Source of the DNA: Candidatus Binatia bacterium
Lineage (GTDB): Bacteria; Desulfobacterota; Binatia; Bin18
Length of the DNA: 64,000 nucleotides
Assembly (NCBI GenBank): GCA_022820725.1
Contig: JAJEFA010000001.1
Location: 182,749-246,748 of the forward strand
Direction: 5' to 3'
Below the pieces are notes generated by a model. That model was given only the letters and a program-made list of their open reading frames with translations, was not told the origin of the DNA and ran no database searches. Below are positions 36,950-46,792 of this stretch, piece by piece (the stretch's first letter is position 1; each line of letters starts with the position of its first letter). The translations under genes and the position numbers were made by a program.

Positions 36950-38767
36950 CTATATTTCTTCCAGAACGGGTCCGTCCGTGTGGGCTGGTGCGGTGCCGGC
37001 GGCGTGGGCGTACTGCAATTGGTAGAGGCGCCAGTAAATGCCGCGCTGCGCTATCAATGCCTGATGGGTGCCGACTTCCCGCAGCCGGCCCTTGTGCAGA
37101 ACGATGATGCGGTCGGCATTCTGAATGGTGGAGAAGCGATGCGCAATCACCAGGGTGGTCCGGTTCTGCATCAGCTTGGTCAGCGCATCCTGAATGAGCA
37201 CCTCGGTCTCCGGGTCAACGCTTGAGGTGGCTTCGTCCAAAACCAGAATGGCCGGGTCATAGGCCAAGGCGCGGGCAAACGACAGGAGCTGGCGCTGGCC
37301 GGCGGACAGGTTGGCGCCCCGCTCGTGCAGGTGTTCGTGGTAGCCGCCCGGCAGCTCCCGAATAAAGCCCTCCGCATTCACATGCCGGGCGGCCTGCCGC
37401 AGGTCGTCCGGCGTCAGGTCGGTCCGGCCCAAACTCAGATTGGTGGCCACATCGCCGACAAACAGGAAGACATCCTGCAGCACCACGCCAACCCGGCGGC
37501 GCAGGGCGTGCATATCCCACTCGCGAATATCGACGCCGTCCACCAGGATGCGGCCGCGCTGAATATCATAAAAGCGGTTGAGCAGCTTGCTGATCGTGGT
37601 CTTGCCCGCGCCGGTCGCGCCGACCAGGGCAATGCTCTCACCAGGGGCGACCGAAAAGGACACGTCCCGCAGCACCCATTCCTCCTCGTTGTACGCAAAC
37701 CAGACATGCTCGAAGTCAATCCGGCCCGCCACCTCGTGCGGCCGATGTGCCGCAGGCGGAGAGGTGATCGTGACCGGCGTGTCCAGCAGTTGAAACACGC
37801 GCTCAACCGCGGTCATGGCCGTCTGCATGGTGGTGTATTTGGTACTGAATTCCCGGATCGGCACAAAGAACTTCTGCAGATACTCGATAAAAGCCACCAG
37901 CGTCCCCAGGGCGACCAGACCCTGGCCGACCTGGCCCGCGCCATACCACAGCATAAGCGCAATCGAGATGATGCTCAGCGCCTCGACAATGGAGAACAGA
38001 CTGGCCTCATACATATTGGAGAGGTGGTTGGCGTCGCGGTGGGCGCGATTGCGCTGCTCAAACTCGGCAAACATTTTTCGTTCCTGGGCAAACACCTGTA
38101 CCACCATAATCCCGGACAGGGTTTCCTGCAGAAAGGCGTTGATCCGCGCCAGGCGTTCCCGGATGGTCCGGTAGGTCACCCGCGTCCGGGTCCGAAAAAA
38201 ATTCAGGATGAGCAATAACGGGGGCAGGAGGGCCAGCGTCACGACCGCCAGGTGAAAATCGATGGACAGCATAATCACGACAATGCCCACCAGGGTCAGG
38301 ATGTCCATGAAGATGGTCAGCGTCCCGGCGGAGAACGCCTCGTTAATGGCATCGACATCCGTGGTCAGACGGGTGACCAGGCGCCCGACCGGCGTACGCT
38401 CAAAAAAGCTCGCCGGCAGTTCCTGCACGTGGGTGAACAAGTCGCGCCGCAGATCGGCCAGACTGCGCTGGGCGACCAGCATCGTGGCCTGGAACTGCGC
38501 ATAGAAAAACAGAAACTCGCCGAGCAGGGCGGCGGCAAACAGCAGACCAATGCGCGTCAGCCCCGCAGCGTCCCCCTGCTCAATATACCAATCCACGCCC
38601 AACTTGAGCAGATACGGCTGGGCCAGGAGACAGGCGGAGGTCAGCGGCAGACAGACCACGGCCACGATAAAGGTCGCGCGGTACGGCCGGATATAGACCC
38701 ACAGACGGCGCAGGAGCGCCAGGTCATAGGTTTTGCCGAGGGCGGCTTCGTCTTGTCCCTGGTTCAC
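36950..38767 (-). CDS. ABC exporter, fused permease/ATPase half-transporter (MsbA/multidrug-like), subunit 2
   Basis: 6-TM domain followed by a nucleotide-binding domain with Walker A GATGAGKTT, signature LSAGQRQLL and Walker B ILVLDEATS. Confidence 0.85.
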   Translation of the reverse strand: MNQGQDEAALGKTYDLALLRRLWVYIRPYRATFIVAVVCLPLTSACLLAQPYLLKLGVDWYIEQGDAAGLTRIGLLFAAALLGEFLFFYAQFQATMLVAQRSLADLRRDLFTHVQELPASFFERTPVGRLVTRLTTDVDAINEAFSAGTLTIFMDILTLVGIVVIMLSIDFHLAVVTLALLPPLLLILNFFRTRTRVTYRTIRERLARINAFLQETLSGIMVVQVFAQERKMFAEFEQRNRAHRDANHLSNMYEASLFSIVEALSIISIALMLWYGAGQVGQGLVALGTLVAFIEYLQKFFVPIREFSTKYTTMQTAMTAVERVFQLLDTPVTITSPPAAHRPHEVAGRIDFEHVWFAYNEEEWVLRDVSFSVAPGESIALVGATGAGKTTISKLLNRFYDIQRGRILVDGVDIREWDMHALRRRVGVVLQDVFLFVGDVATNLSLGRTDLTPDDLRQAARHVNAEGFIRELPGGYHEHLHERGANLSAGQRQLLSFARALAYDPAILVLDEATSSVDPETEVLIQDALTKLMQNRTTLVIAHRFSTIQNADRIIVLHKGRLREVGTHQALIAQRGIYWRLYQLQYAHAAGTAPAHTDGPVLEEI

Positions 38768-40551
38768 AGTTCCGCCAGTTCCTCTTCGAGCGCCTGATCC
38801 TGAAAGAGTTCCGTATACATGCTCCCCCGCTCGACCAACTCCGTGTGCGTTCCCATCTCGACGATCCGTCCCGCATCCAGGACAACGATGAAGTCGGCGT
38901 CCCTGATGGCCGACACCCGGTGGGAAATGATCAGCACGGTCTTTTCCGTGGTGCTCGTCCGCAGCGCCTGGAGAATCTTCCCCTCCGTGGTCACATCAAC
39001 GCTGGACAGCGCGCAGTCCAGGACGAGGATGGGCGTGTCGGCCAGCAAGGCCCGGGACAGCGTCAGGCGCTGCTTTTGCCCGCCCGAGAGCGTCATCCCC
39101 CGCTCACCGATGACGGTCTCATACCCTTTGGGAAAATCCTCAATCTCACCGTCAACACTGGCCAGGACGGCCGTCCGGCGCACATCGCCGCCGTCCACCT
39201 CGGGCTGAGAAAAGGCGATATTGTCTTCAATGCGGGCCGAAAAGAGAAACGGATCCTGGGGCACAAAACCGATGCAGCGCCGGAGCTCGGCCAGTGAAAA
39301 AAGCCGAATATCCCGTCCGTCAATGGTGATGGCACCGCGTGTGACATCGAACAGACGCGGCAGCAGATGGACCAGGGTACTCTTGCCCGCGCCCATACGC
39401 CCGACAATGCCGACGGTTTTTCCGGCCGGGACCGTAAACGTAATATCGTGCAGGACCGTCCGTCCGTCAGGGACATGCCCATTACCCGCCTCGCCGCCCG
39501 GCCTCCGGTCATCAAGCGGATAGGCAAAATCCACGTGCCGAAACCCAATCTCGCCCCGCACCGTTTGCCCGCTCCGGCTCGCGCCGTTCTCCCGACCGTC
39601 AACGATATCGGGCCGGGTCTGCCAGATCACCTCCAGCCGTTGCATGGCCGCTTTGCCACGCTGATACAGGGAGATCAGCCAGCCCATGGCCATGGTCGGC
39701 CAGGCCAGCAGGTGGAGGTAACCCATAAACGCCACCAGGTCGCCCAAACTGAGCCGGCCGGCAATGACCTGTGAGCCGCCGTACCACAACACGACCAGCA
39801 GCCCGGTTCCGGATATGCCCTTCATCAGCGGCGGGAACAGGCCGCGCAGGCGGGCCAGGGCAATATTCTCGGTCTTGAAGCGCTCATTCAGCCCGCCAAA
39901 GACGCCGTTCTGCCAGGCCTCACGCACATAGGCACGAATGACCGGCATACCGCTGACGCTCTCCTGGACGCGACTCGACAGGTCGGCCAGACCGGCCTGC
40001 ACGTTGAGTGTACGCTCCATGAGCTGGCGGCTCATCGCCCTGACCACCAGAAACATGAAGGGATACGGAGCGATCGCCAACAGGGTCAGGATCGGGTCCA
40101 TGGCCAGCATGGCCGCCATGGCATACACGTAATACAGCGGGGTGTTGAGGATATTAATGATGCCCAGGCCGAGCAGCAGACGCACCGCGGTCACGTCGTT
40201 GACCAGGCGTGACATCAGGTCGCCGATGGGCTGGCGCTGGTAATAGCTCAGGGAGAGGGTCTGTAGATGGGCAAACAACTCGTTGCGGAGTTGGTACTCG
40301 ATATCCCGCCCGACGTTGAAGATCAGAAAGCGCGAAAAAGAGCGGACAACCCCCTGGAGCAGGGCGATCCCGATAATGAGCAGGACCGTAGACACGATCT
40401 CGCGGACCGGGCGGCCGTGCTCGATCCCTTCAACCGCCTGCTTGAGCAGCCACGGGATGGACATCGCCAGGGTCGCCGTCATCACCAGACAGGCGATGCC
40501 GCGCATATACCGATACCGGTATTGATAAATATAGCCCCACAGACGTTGCAT
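38764..40551 (-). CDS. ABC exporter, fused permease/ATPase half-transporter, subunit 1 (heterodimer partner)
   Basis: TM domain plus NBD (GRMGAGKSTL, LSGGQKQRL, ILVLDCALS); 4-nt overlap with the downstream subunit. Confidence 0.85.
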   Translation of the reverse strand: MQRLWGYIYQYRYRYMRGIACLVMTATLAMSIPWLLKQAVEGIEHGRPVREIVSTVLLIIGIALLQGVVRSFSRFLIFNVGRDIEYQLRNELFAHLQTLSLSYYQRQPIGDLMSRLVNDVTAVRLLLGLGIINILNTPLYYVYAMAAMLAMDPILTLLAIAPYPFMFLVVRAMSRQLMERTLNVQAGLADLSSRVQESVSGMPVIRAYVREAWQNGVFGGLNERFKTENIALARLRGLFPPLMKGISGTGLLVVLWYGGSQVIAGRLSLGDLVAFMGYLHLLAWPTMAMGWLISLYQRGKAAMQRLEVIWQTRPDIVDGRENGASRSGQTVRGEIGFRHVDFAYPLDDRRPGGEAGNGHVPDGRTVLHDITFTVPAGKTVGIVGRMGAGKSTLVHLLPRLFDVTRGAITIDGRDIRLFSLAELRRCIGFVPQDPFLFSARIEDNIAFSQPEVDGGDVRRTAVLASVDGEIEDFPKGYETVIGERGMTLSGGQKQRLTLSRALLADTPILVLDCALSSVDVTTEGKILQALRTSTTEKTVLIISHRVSAIRDADFIVVLDAGRIVEMGTHTELVERGSMYTELFQDQALEEELAEL

Positions 40552-40560
40552 GCGTTCCGC

Positions 40561-41856
40561 TCAGTTTACCGGGGCTTCCATCGCTGACACGGCCCTTGAG
40601 TCCCTCCCCTCCAAACCGCTCGCGACCCGCATCATCAGCCCCACCGTGGCCCACCACACCAGCGCGACTTCCGCGTCCCCCCAGTTATACTGGGTCAGAC
40701 CGCCGATCAGAAACCCGACCAGGCCGAGCCAGCAGCCCAGGGTCAGGCTTTTCAGTGGCTCGGTCCGCTGTCTCGCATAGGCACGCCAGCCCGTCATGAT
40801 AATCGAGCCGACCAGGAAGAGAAAGGCCGCCAGGCCCAGCAGGCCGGTATCCACCCACATCTGGAGGAAATTATTGTGCGCGTGCGCATCGGTGTCGGCC
40901 TGGGGATAGCGCTGATAAAACGCCTCCCGAAACTGCTTATAGTTCCCAAACCCCCAGCCGGTCAGGGGCCGCTCTGTGATCATATCGATATTGGCCAGCC
41001 AGATCTGGCTGCGCCCGATATTGGCCTCAAAGTCAAAGATCGACAGGCCCCGTTCGCGCACCCCCGGCCCGGCACTGACAAAGAGCAGACCGCACACCGC
41101 CACCCCTCCAACCACGGCCAGCACGGCGCGACGGCCCTGTATCAGCCCATACAGGACCAGCACCACGCCATAGGCGACCCAGACCCCGCGCGTGAGGGAG
41201 AAAAACAGGGCCAACAGCATACACACCCACCCGCCGACCAGCAGGAGACGCTGCGTTTTCAACCGCCCGGGAGACAACCCCCGGGCGGTGATCAGACACA
41301 GCGGAAAGAGCAGGGCATGGGCGTAGGTAATCCCGGACGGATGCAGCCCTTTGACCCGGTAGCCCTCCTGGCGGCCAAACCAGAACGGGTCAAGGTTGGA
41401 CTCCTTGCCGACCAGAGTCTTGGCCAGATCGAGCCCGGTAAAATGCTGCACGATGCTGTACACCGCAACCGCTCCGGCGACCCAGAGCGCCACGGTCAGC
41501 AGTTTTTCGACCTCCCGCCCACTCCGGACGAGCACAAAGACCGCCAGACAGCCGCCCATGAGCCACATTTTCCGATAGCCGATGAAGGACTGAAGCGGAT
41601 CGGGGCTCAGAACGCTTGAGACCAGGAGCGCGGCAAAAAAAGCGCCAAAGGGCCACCACAGCGGCGTTCGGGGCAGAGCGCGGGTCCGCCACAGCGTATA
41701 GCCGAGGCAGGCCAGCAGACAGCCCAGCGCGGTTTGCTGAAAGGCGATGGGGAGATTCCAGACGGCAAAAAACAGCACCAGCAGGCTGACCCGCAGAGCA
41801 TCCTCCCACCGCTGAGGCTGTATCAGGGCCGGCACCATCCGCATCCTATACGCCAC
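40561..41856 (-). CDS. O-antigen ligase / polymerase-like membrane protein (Wzy_C / WaaL family)
   Basis: About 11 TM helices with a large periplasmic loop near the C-terminus (...RSQIWLANIDMITERPLTGWGFGNYKQ...AHNNFLQMWVDTGLLG...), typical of O-antigen ligase family proteins. Confidence 0.65.
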   Translation of the reverse strand: MAYRMRMVPALIQPQRWEDALRVSLLVLFFAVWNLPIAFQQTALGCLLACLGYTLWRTRALPRTPLWWPFGAFFAALLVSSVLSPDPLQSFIGYRKMWLMGGCLAVFVLVRSGREVEKLLTVALWVAGAVAVYSIVQHFTGLDLAKTLVGKESNLDPFWFGRQEGYRVKGLHPSGITYAHALLFPLCLITARGLSPGRLKTQRLLLVGGWVCMLLALFFSLTRGVWVAYGVVLVLYGLIQGRRAVLAVVGGVAVCGLLFVSAGPGVRERGLSIFDFEANIGRSQIWLANIDMITERPLTGWGFGNYKQFREAFYQRYPQADTDAHAHNNFLQMWVDTGLLGLAAFLFLVGSIIMTGWRAYARQRTEPLKSLTLGCWLGLVGFLIGGLTQYNWGDAEVALVWWATVGLMMRVASGLEGRDSRAVSAMEAPVN

Positions 41857-43324
41857 GCCGGGTCAGGATGACCTTGACCGTCTCGGTCAAGACACGGACG
41901 TCCAGCCACAGCGAATAATTATAGATATAGGCCAGGTCGTATTTCAGCTTGTACTCGGGCGAGGTGTGGTATTCGCCGTTGACCTGGGCCAGGCCGGTCA
42001 GGCCGGGTTTGACCTGAAGACGTTCCGCATAACCGGGAATCGTCTGCTGAAACTCGGCCACAAACTCGGGCCGCTCCGGGCGGGGCCCAACCAGACTCAT
42101 GGAGCCGTTGAGGACGTTGAAGAGCTGCGGGATTTCGTCAATCCGGGTGGCCCGCAGCAGGCGGCCGACCGGCGTCACCCGGCTGTCGTCCGAGCGGGCC
42201 AGCACCGGACCGGTTCGGGCCTCGGCCTCATTGACCATGGTGCGCAGTTTATACAGGGTGAATTCCTTTCCGTGCCGGCCCACCCGACGCTGCCGGTACA
42301 GCACCGGCCCTGACGACGAGAGTTTGATCAGGCAGGCGGCCACGCACACCAGCGGCAAACACACGACCAGCAAGACGCCGGCAATCAGGCGATCACCGAG
42401 ACTTTTCATCACAAAGGCCAGTTCTTCACGCGGATTTTTCAGCACCTCGACCAGGGGCACATCGTGCAGACGCACGGACGACACCCGTCCCACCAGAATG
42501 TCATAGACGGAGGGGACCACGAGGACGCGCGGCCGTTCGGACGCCATGTGGCCGCTGGGCAGATTCAACAGCCGGTCAACAAACGTGTCTTTCCAACTGG
42601 CGGACGACAGGAGAATCACCTCATCGATCTCGACCCGTTCAAGGACCTGGGGCAGACCGTCTATCCTGCCCAGCCACGGGACACCCACCTCTTCCGGTGT
42701 CTGACAGGCGGATTCCTCCAACCCGATTGCGCCGACGACATCGAGACCGGGAGACGGATGGAGGTCCGTCAGGCTGGAGAGAAACATCCGCACATCCTGC
42801 GCCAGACCGATCAGCAGGACACGCACCGGGCTGGAGTGTCCGAGGCGATGGTTCGCCCACAGCCGCACGCCAATAATGCCCAGGGTATTAAACACCCAAA
42901 AGACGACCAGCACGGAGCGCGGGAAGGACAAGTCGCCCCGAAAGAAATACCACGCCGCGGTGGCCAGCAGTTGGATGCCGAGGGCCGTCGCCACCCGCGT
43001 CACCAAACGGACACGCCGGTGCAGTGCCGGCTGGTCGTACAAGCCGAAGAAATAGAGCAGTGCCACCTGCGTCCCCAAGAGCAACAGCAGGGGATGGACC
43101 ACTTCCGCGAAACGCGAAGCCGGCAGGAAATCCGCCGTCAGGGGAAAGGGCAGATAAACACGCAGGGAAAAGGCACTCCCATACGCAATGCCGGCCCACA
43201 CCAGGTCGGCCAGCATCAGCAGGAGAACGGTCTGATCGCTTCTGCGGGGTGACCGTCTTCCGGAGTCGCGTGTTCTTCCTGGCGTTTGAGACCCTGGCGT
43301 TTGAGACGGAAACACGGGCTTCAC
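41846..43324 (-). CDS. Polyprenyl-phosphate sugar phosphotransferase (WbaP/exopolysaccharide 'bacterial sugar transferase' family), initiating enzyme
   Basis: C-terminal catalytic domain ...LYRQRRVGRHGKEFTLYKLRTM...IDEIPQLFNVLNGSMSLVGPRP..., N-terminal TM segments. Start placed at the GTG overlapping the upstream GT2 stop (GTGA). The track ORF runs to 43540 but would overlap the GT2 gene by 220 nt. Confidence 0.75.
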   Translation of the reverse strand: MKPVFPSQTPGSQTPGRTRDSGRRSPRRSDQTVLLLMLADLVWAGIAYGSAFSLRVYLPFPLTADFLPASRFAEVVHPLLLLLGTQVALLYFFGLYDQPALHRRVRLVTRVATALGIQLLATAAWYFFRGDLSFPRSVLVVFWVFNTLGIIGVRLWANHRLGHSSPVRVLLIGLAQDVRMFLSSLTDLHPSPGLDVVGAIGLEESACQTPEEVGVPWLGRIDGLPQVLERVEIDEVILLSSASWKDTFVDRLLNLPSGHMASERPRVLVVPSVYDILVGRVSSVRLHDVPLVEVLKNPREELAFVMKSLGDRLIAGVLLVVCLPLVCVAACLIKLSSSGPVLYRQRRVGRHGKEFTLYKLRTMVNEAEARTGPVLARSDDSRVTPVGRLLRATRIDEIPQLFNVLNGSMSLVGPRPERPEFVAEFQQTIPGYAERLQVKPGLTGLAQVNGEYHTSPEYKLKYDLAYIYNYSLWLDVRVLTETVKVILTRRGV

Positions 43325-44139
43325 AACGTATTGCTCTCCCTCGGGGCGTTTGGAAATCGTGCGTACAGCGCCCGACGAGAGACTATATACCGATGCTTCC
43401 AAAAGTAGTAGGCAAGGCCACGCAGGTGTTTCCAGCCAATGCGCGAGAAGGCCGAACGGGCGATGCGTTGCTCGGCATGCGTCACCACCGCGGCCGGCTG
43501 GTAGACCACCTGCCAACCCGCCTGGTGCAGGCGCAGACACAGATCGACATCTTCCGGACCGTAGAAAATCCGTTCGTCCAGCAGGCCGACCTCATCCAGC
43601 GCCCGCCGGCGGATGAGCTGGCAGGCACCGATCACATAGTCCACCGGCCGGAGCGTATCGTGCGCCCAGTCCGCCAACTCGGCCCGCCGGGCGGCGCGGC
43701 GCGTGAGCGCCGACGGAAAACGACGCCCGAGTTTGTCCAGGAGGGTCGGAAACAAACGGCACGACAGACACAGTTGTCCCTCGGCATCTACGAGCTTGGG
43801 CCCGCACAGGCCAACCTCCGGCCTGGCGTCAAGCAACTGCACGAGTTGATCCAGCGCGCCGGGATGCACGATCGTATCATCATCCAGGATGAGGATATAT
43901 TCTCCGCGCGCACACCGGATGCCCTGATTCCGCGCGGGTGCAACCCCGAGGTTTTTCCGATTCGCAATAATACGAACCTGGGGAAAGCGGTCTCTCAACA
44001 CCGCCACCGTCCGATCCCGCGAGCCGTTGTCCACCACAATCACCTCGTGGCTGGCCGTCAAACCGGCGGGCAGCGAGGCCAGACAGGCTTCAATCTTCCG
44101 GGCGGAATTCCAGGCCAGAATGACGACTGAAACCTTCAT
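43321..44139 (-). CDS. GT2 glycosyltransferase
   Basis: MKVSVVILAWNSARKIEACL...VIVVDNGSRD...ILILDDDT (DxD) motifs. Confidence 0.8.
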   Translation of the reverse strand: MKVSVVILAWNSARKIEACLASLPAGLTASHEVIVVDNGSRDRTVAVLRDRFPQVRIIANRKNLGVAPARNQGIRCARGEYILILDDDTIVHPGALDQLVQLLDARPEVGLCGPKLVDAEGQLCLSCRLFPTLLDKLGRRFPSALTRRAARRAELADWAHDTLRPVDYVIGACQLIRRRALDEVGLLDERIFYGPEDVDLCLRLHQAGWQVVYQPAAVVTHAEQRIARSAFSRIGWKHLRGLAYYFWKHRYIVSRRALYARFPNAPRESNTL

Positions 44140-44162
44140 TGTTGTGTCCCAGATTGATTAGA

Positions 44163-45185
44163 TTACCCGGACCGTCTTGACTCTACCGAAGCCGCGGTAT
44201 CCCACCGTTTGGTCGACACAAAAGGCCGGTACAAACTGTAGAAGCCGGCCCGTTTGAGGCGTCTCCGGGCCCACAGCCCGGCCAGACCACGAATGCCCAG
44301 GGCCAGGAGGACCAGCCCATATTCATGTATCCGAATAGTACGCAAAAACTCGGCCCAGGGATACGCCGCGACCGGGCCGTTTGCGAGCAGATTGGCGTGC
44401 TGGCGGCGAATCTGCATTTTGCCGCCCTCGGCCCGCACCCGCTCGGCAAAATAATCGCGCCACGTCTGCGGCAGGACAAAAAACACCTGGGCCTGAACGG
44501 CTTTACGCACGTGCTGTTTGCCGACCGCAACCGTCAGCCAGGCATCTTCCAACAGCAGGTCTTCCGGCATGGGCCCGCTCAGCACATCCTTGCGTATCAG
44601 GAAGAGGCGCCCCCCGGCATTGCCGAAGTTGAATCGGTACGGCAGCGCGCCCATCCGGCTCCAGATACTCGCCTCGGCCTCCAGCATCGGGACTTCACGC
44701 GCGGCAACCAGCCCCACCTGCGGCTCCGCCCGCATACGCGCGTATAAATAGGCGATAGCCTGTGGATCAATGCGGACATCGGCGTCACAGAACAGAAGCA
44801 GGTCGCCGCACGCCCATTGCCACAAGGTATTCATGGCTCGGGGTTTCCCCCGCCAGGCCGCCAGCAGCACGCGGCACGTCAATGCGCCCTGCCCCTCAGC
44901 CCCCGGAGAGGACTGATACTGTTCATGCGTTTGAGCCGGCCCCGTGGAGGAGAGCGCAATCTCCCGGAGCGATATCGCGTGACGCGCACAAAAAGCCCGG
45001 ACCGCCAGCAACGGCGGACAGGGCCGGTCCGAGCCGACCCCGTTAAGGCAGATGAGCAGTTCCCGCACACAGCCGGCCGGAAGCTGTGAAGACAGACCGG
45101 CCGCCAACAGACTCTCCAGCGTGCTGCCCAGGTCCGGTTCATCCGCCCGGCACGGGACGACGAGAGAGAGCGTTTCGTCAATCAT
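44163..45185 (-). CDS. GT2-like glycosyltransferase (divergent)
   Basis: LSLVVPCRADEPDLGSTLESLL... and LFCDADV (DxD-like) motifs. The start among several in-frame ATGs (45185-45350) is uncertain. Confidence 0.5.
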   Translation of the reverse strand: MIDETLSLVVPCRADEPDLGSTLESLLAAGLSSQLPAGCVRELLICLNGVGSDRPCPPLLAVRAFCARHAISLREIALSSTGPAQTHEQYQSSPGAEGQGALTCRVLLAAWRGKPRAMNTLWQWACGDLLLFCDADVRIDPQAIAYLYARMRAEPQVGLVAAREVPMLEAEASIWSRMGALPYRFNFGNAGGRLFLIRKDVLSGPMPEDLLLEDAWLTVAVGKQHVRKAVQAQVFFVLPQTWRDYFAERVRAEGGKMQIRRQHANLLANGPVAAYPWAEFLRTIRIHEYGLVLLALGIRGLAGLWARRRLKRAGFYSLYRPFVSTKRWDTAASVESRRSG

Positions 45186-45409
45186 AGAGGTCTTGTCGGG
45201 AGGTTTGGGGAGTAGAGGATATCCCCGTCCGGGTAATACTGGAGCTTCATGTCTACCTCCTGCCCTATTATGGTTTGAAACTCCGATCAAAGAAAGCGTT
45301 GAAGATTGTCTCATTATCGGATGAAATTTCATCCTGGGCGATTCCTCCATCCCGCGGAGAGATTATACATGAGTTTGTCTGGATTCTCAGCGGTTTGGCG
45401 AGCGGCCCC

Positions 45410-46765
45410 TCAGGGCAAAAGACGCCGATAGTGCTGTGCGAGCAGAGCGGCGTCTGCGCTGATTGATCTGACGGCAGGGAATGCGTGTGAGAGTCGATCG
45501 ACCAAATCCGGTTCGGTAAGAAAACGGTTCATCTTTTGACGCAGGTCATCGATATCACGCGGCTGAAACAGGAGGCCGTTCACGCCGTCCCTTACCCATT
45601 CGCGCATGCCGCCAAAGTCGGCCGTAATCACGGGGGTATGGGCCAGAAAGGCCTCCCGAATCACCAGCGGAGCATTTTCATACCAGATCGAGGGCACGAC
45701 GACAACATCCACCTCAGCCAGAATACGACCGAGTTCATGCTGCTCGTAGCGGCCCATGCACCGGATATGGGGTGAGCTGGCCAACTGGGAGCGGAAGCGT
45801 TTCTCGTCCGGATAGGGCGCATAGGCCGCCTCGCCGCCGTAGATATGCAATTCCGCCTGGGGCAGGGTCTGAAAGGCCTCGACCAGCAGATGGACGCCTT
45901 TCACCGGGTCAACAACCCCAATATAGCCAAAGGTGAGGGGCCGCTTGCCCCCGTTTTTCTGAGGAATAAGGGCTTTCTGAGCGGGCTGAATCGTGCCGGT
46001 CTGCAAGCCACACTCGTGAAACAGAATTTTCTCCGGCGGTACGCCAAAAGCCACAAACTGCTCGCGCAGAAAGCGCGACGGCGCCAGAAACAGTGAAACC
46101 GACGCACACAGCGCCCGGATATGGGCCATGCGAGCCTGAATCTGTTGCTGGGCCGCGAGCGAGACGGACTGGGACCCGGCGCGTTGACCGTACCAGCGCC
46201 GGGCCTGCTCTCTGAGCCGGGATTGTCGGCCAAGGAGCGGTTTCAGCCAGCGGTAGAGGACCGACATCTTTGTATCGAGCACATGGTGAAAACACTGGGC
46301 ACAGCCGGTGTCGGTCTGGCCGGGACAGACCGATAGATCGGGTTTCAGAAACCGGCCGCGCTGGCAGATCAGCCAGTAGTCGTGCAGCGTCATGACCACC
46401 GGAATCCGGCGCCGGACCGCTTCACGTACACACGTTGTGGACAGGTATACCAGGTGCTGAAAATGGACGATGTCGGGCTGGAAACGATCCAGCACTGCCC
46501 CAAAACGGGCGGCAATGGCGTCGTTTTGATAACTGTCGGCAAAGCTCGTGCTCTGCCGCAGGGTATTGTTGACTCGCACAATCTCAACATTCTCAACGCT
46601 CGTTGTTTCCACCGCGTACTCAGGCTGCCGGACGTTCTCACGCCGCGCAAAAACCGAGACGGCGTGACCCTGCCGCGCCAGTTCCTGGGCAAGAGCGGCC
46701 GCGTAGGTTTCGGTCCCTCCCAGATATTCCGGCGGTAAGCCGTTGACGACCTGGACAATACGCAT
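45410..46765 (-). CDS. GT4 glycosyltransferase (glycosyl transferase group 1)
   Basis: MRIVQVVNGLPPEYLGGTETYAAALAQELARQGH... N-terminal domain and the C-terminal EX7E-type region ...VVVPSIWYENAPLVIREAFLAHTPVITADFGGMRE.... Confidence 0.8.
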   Translation of the reverse strand: MRIVQVVNGLPPEYLGGTETYAAALAQELARQGHAVSVFARRENVRQPEYAVETTSVENVEIVRVNNTLRQSTSFADSYQNDAIAARFGAVLDRFQPDIVHFQHLVYLSTTCVREAVRRRIPVVMTLHDYWLICQRGRFLKPDLSVCPGQTDTGCAQCFHHVLDTKMSVLYRWLKPLLGRQSRLREQARRWYGQRAGSQSVSLAAQQQIQARMAHIRALCASVSLFLAPSRFLREQFVAFGVPPEKILFHECGLQTGTIQPAQKALIPQKNGGKRPLTFGYIGVVDPVKGVHLLVEAFQTLPQAELHIYGGEAAYAPYPDEKRFRSQLASSPHIRCMGRYEQHELGRILAEVDVVVVPSIWYENAPLVIREAFLAHTPVITADFGGMREWVRDGVNGLLFQPRDIDDLRQKMNRFLTEPDLVDRLSHAFPAVRSISADAALLAQHYRRLLP

Positions 46766-46792
46766 GGGTCTGTCCTGTCTCAACCCAGCCCC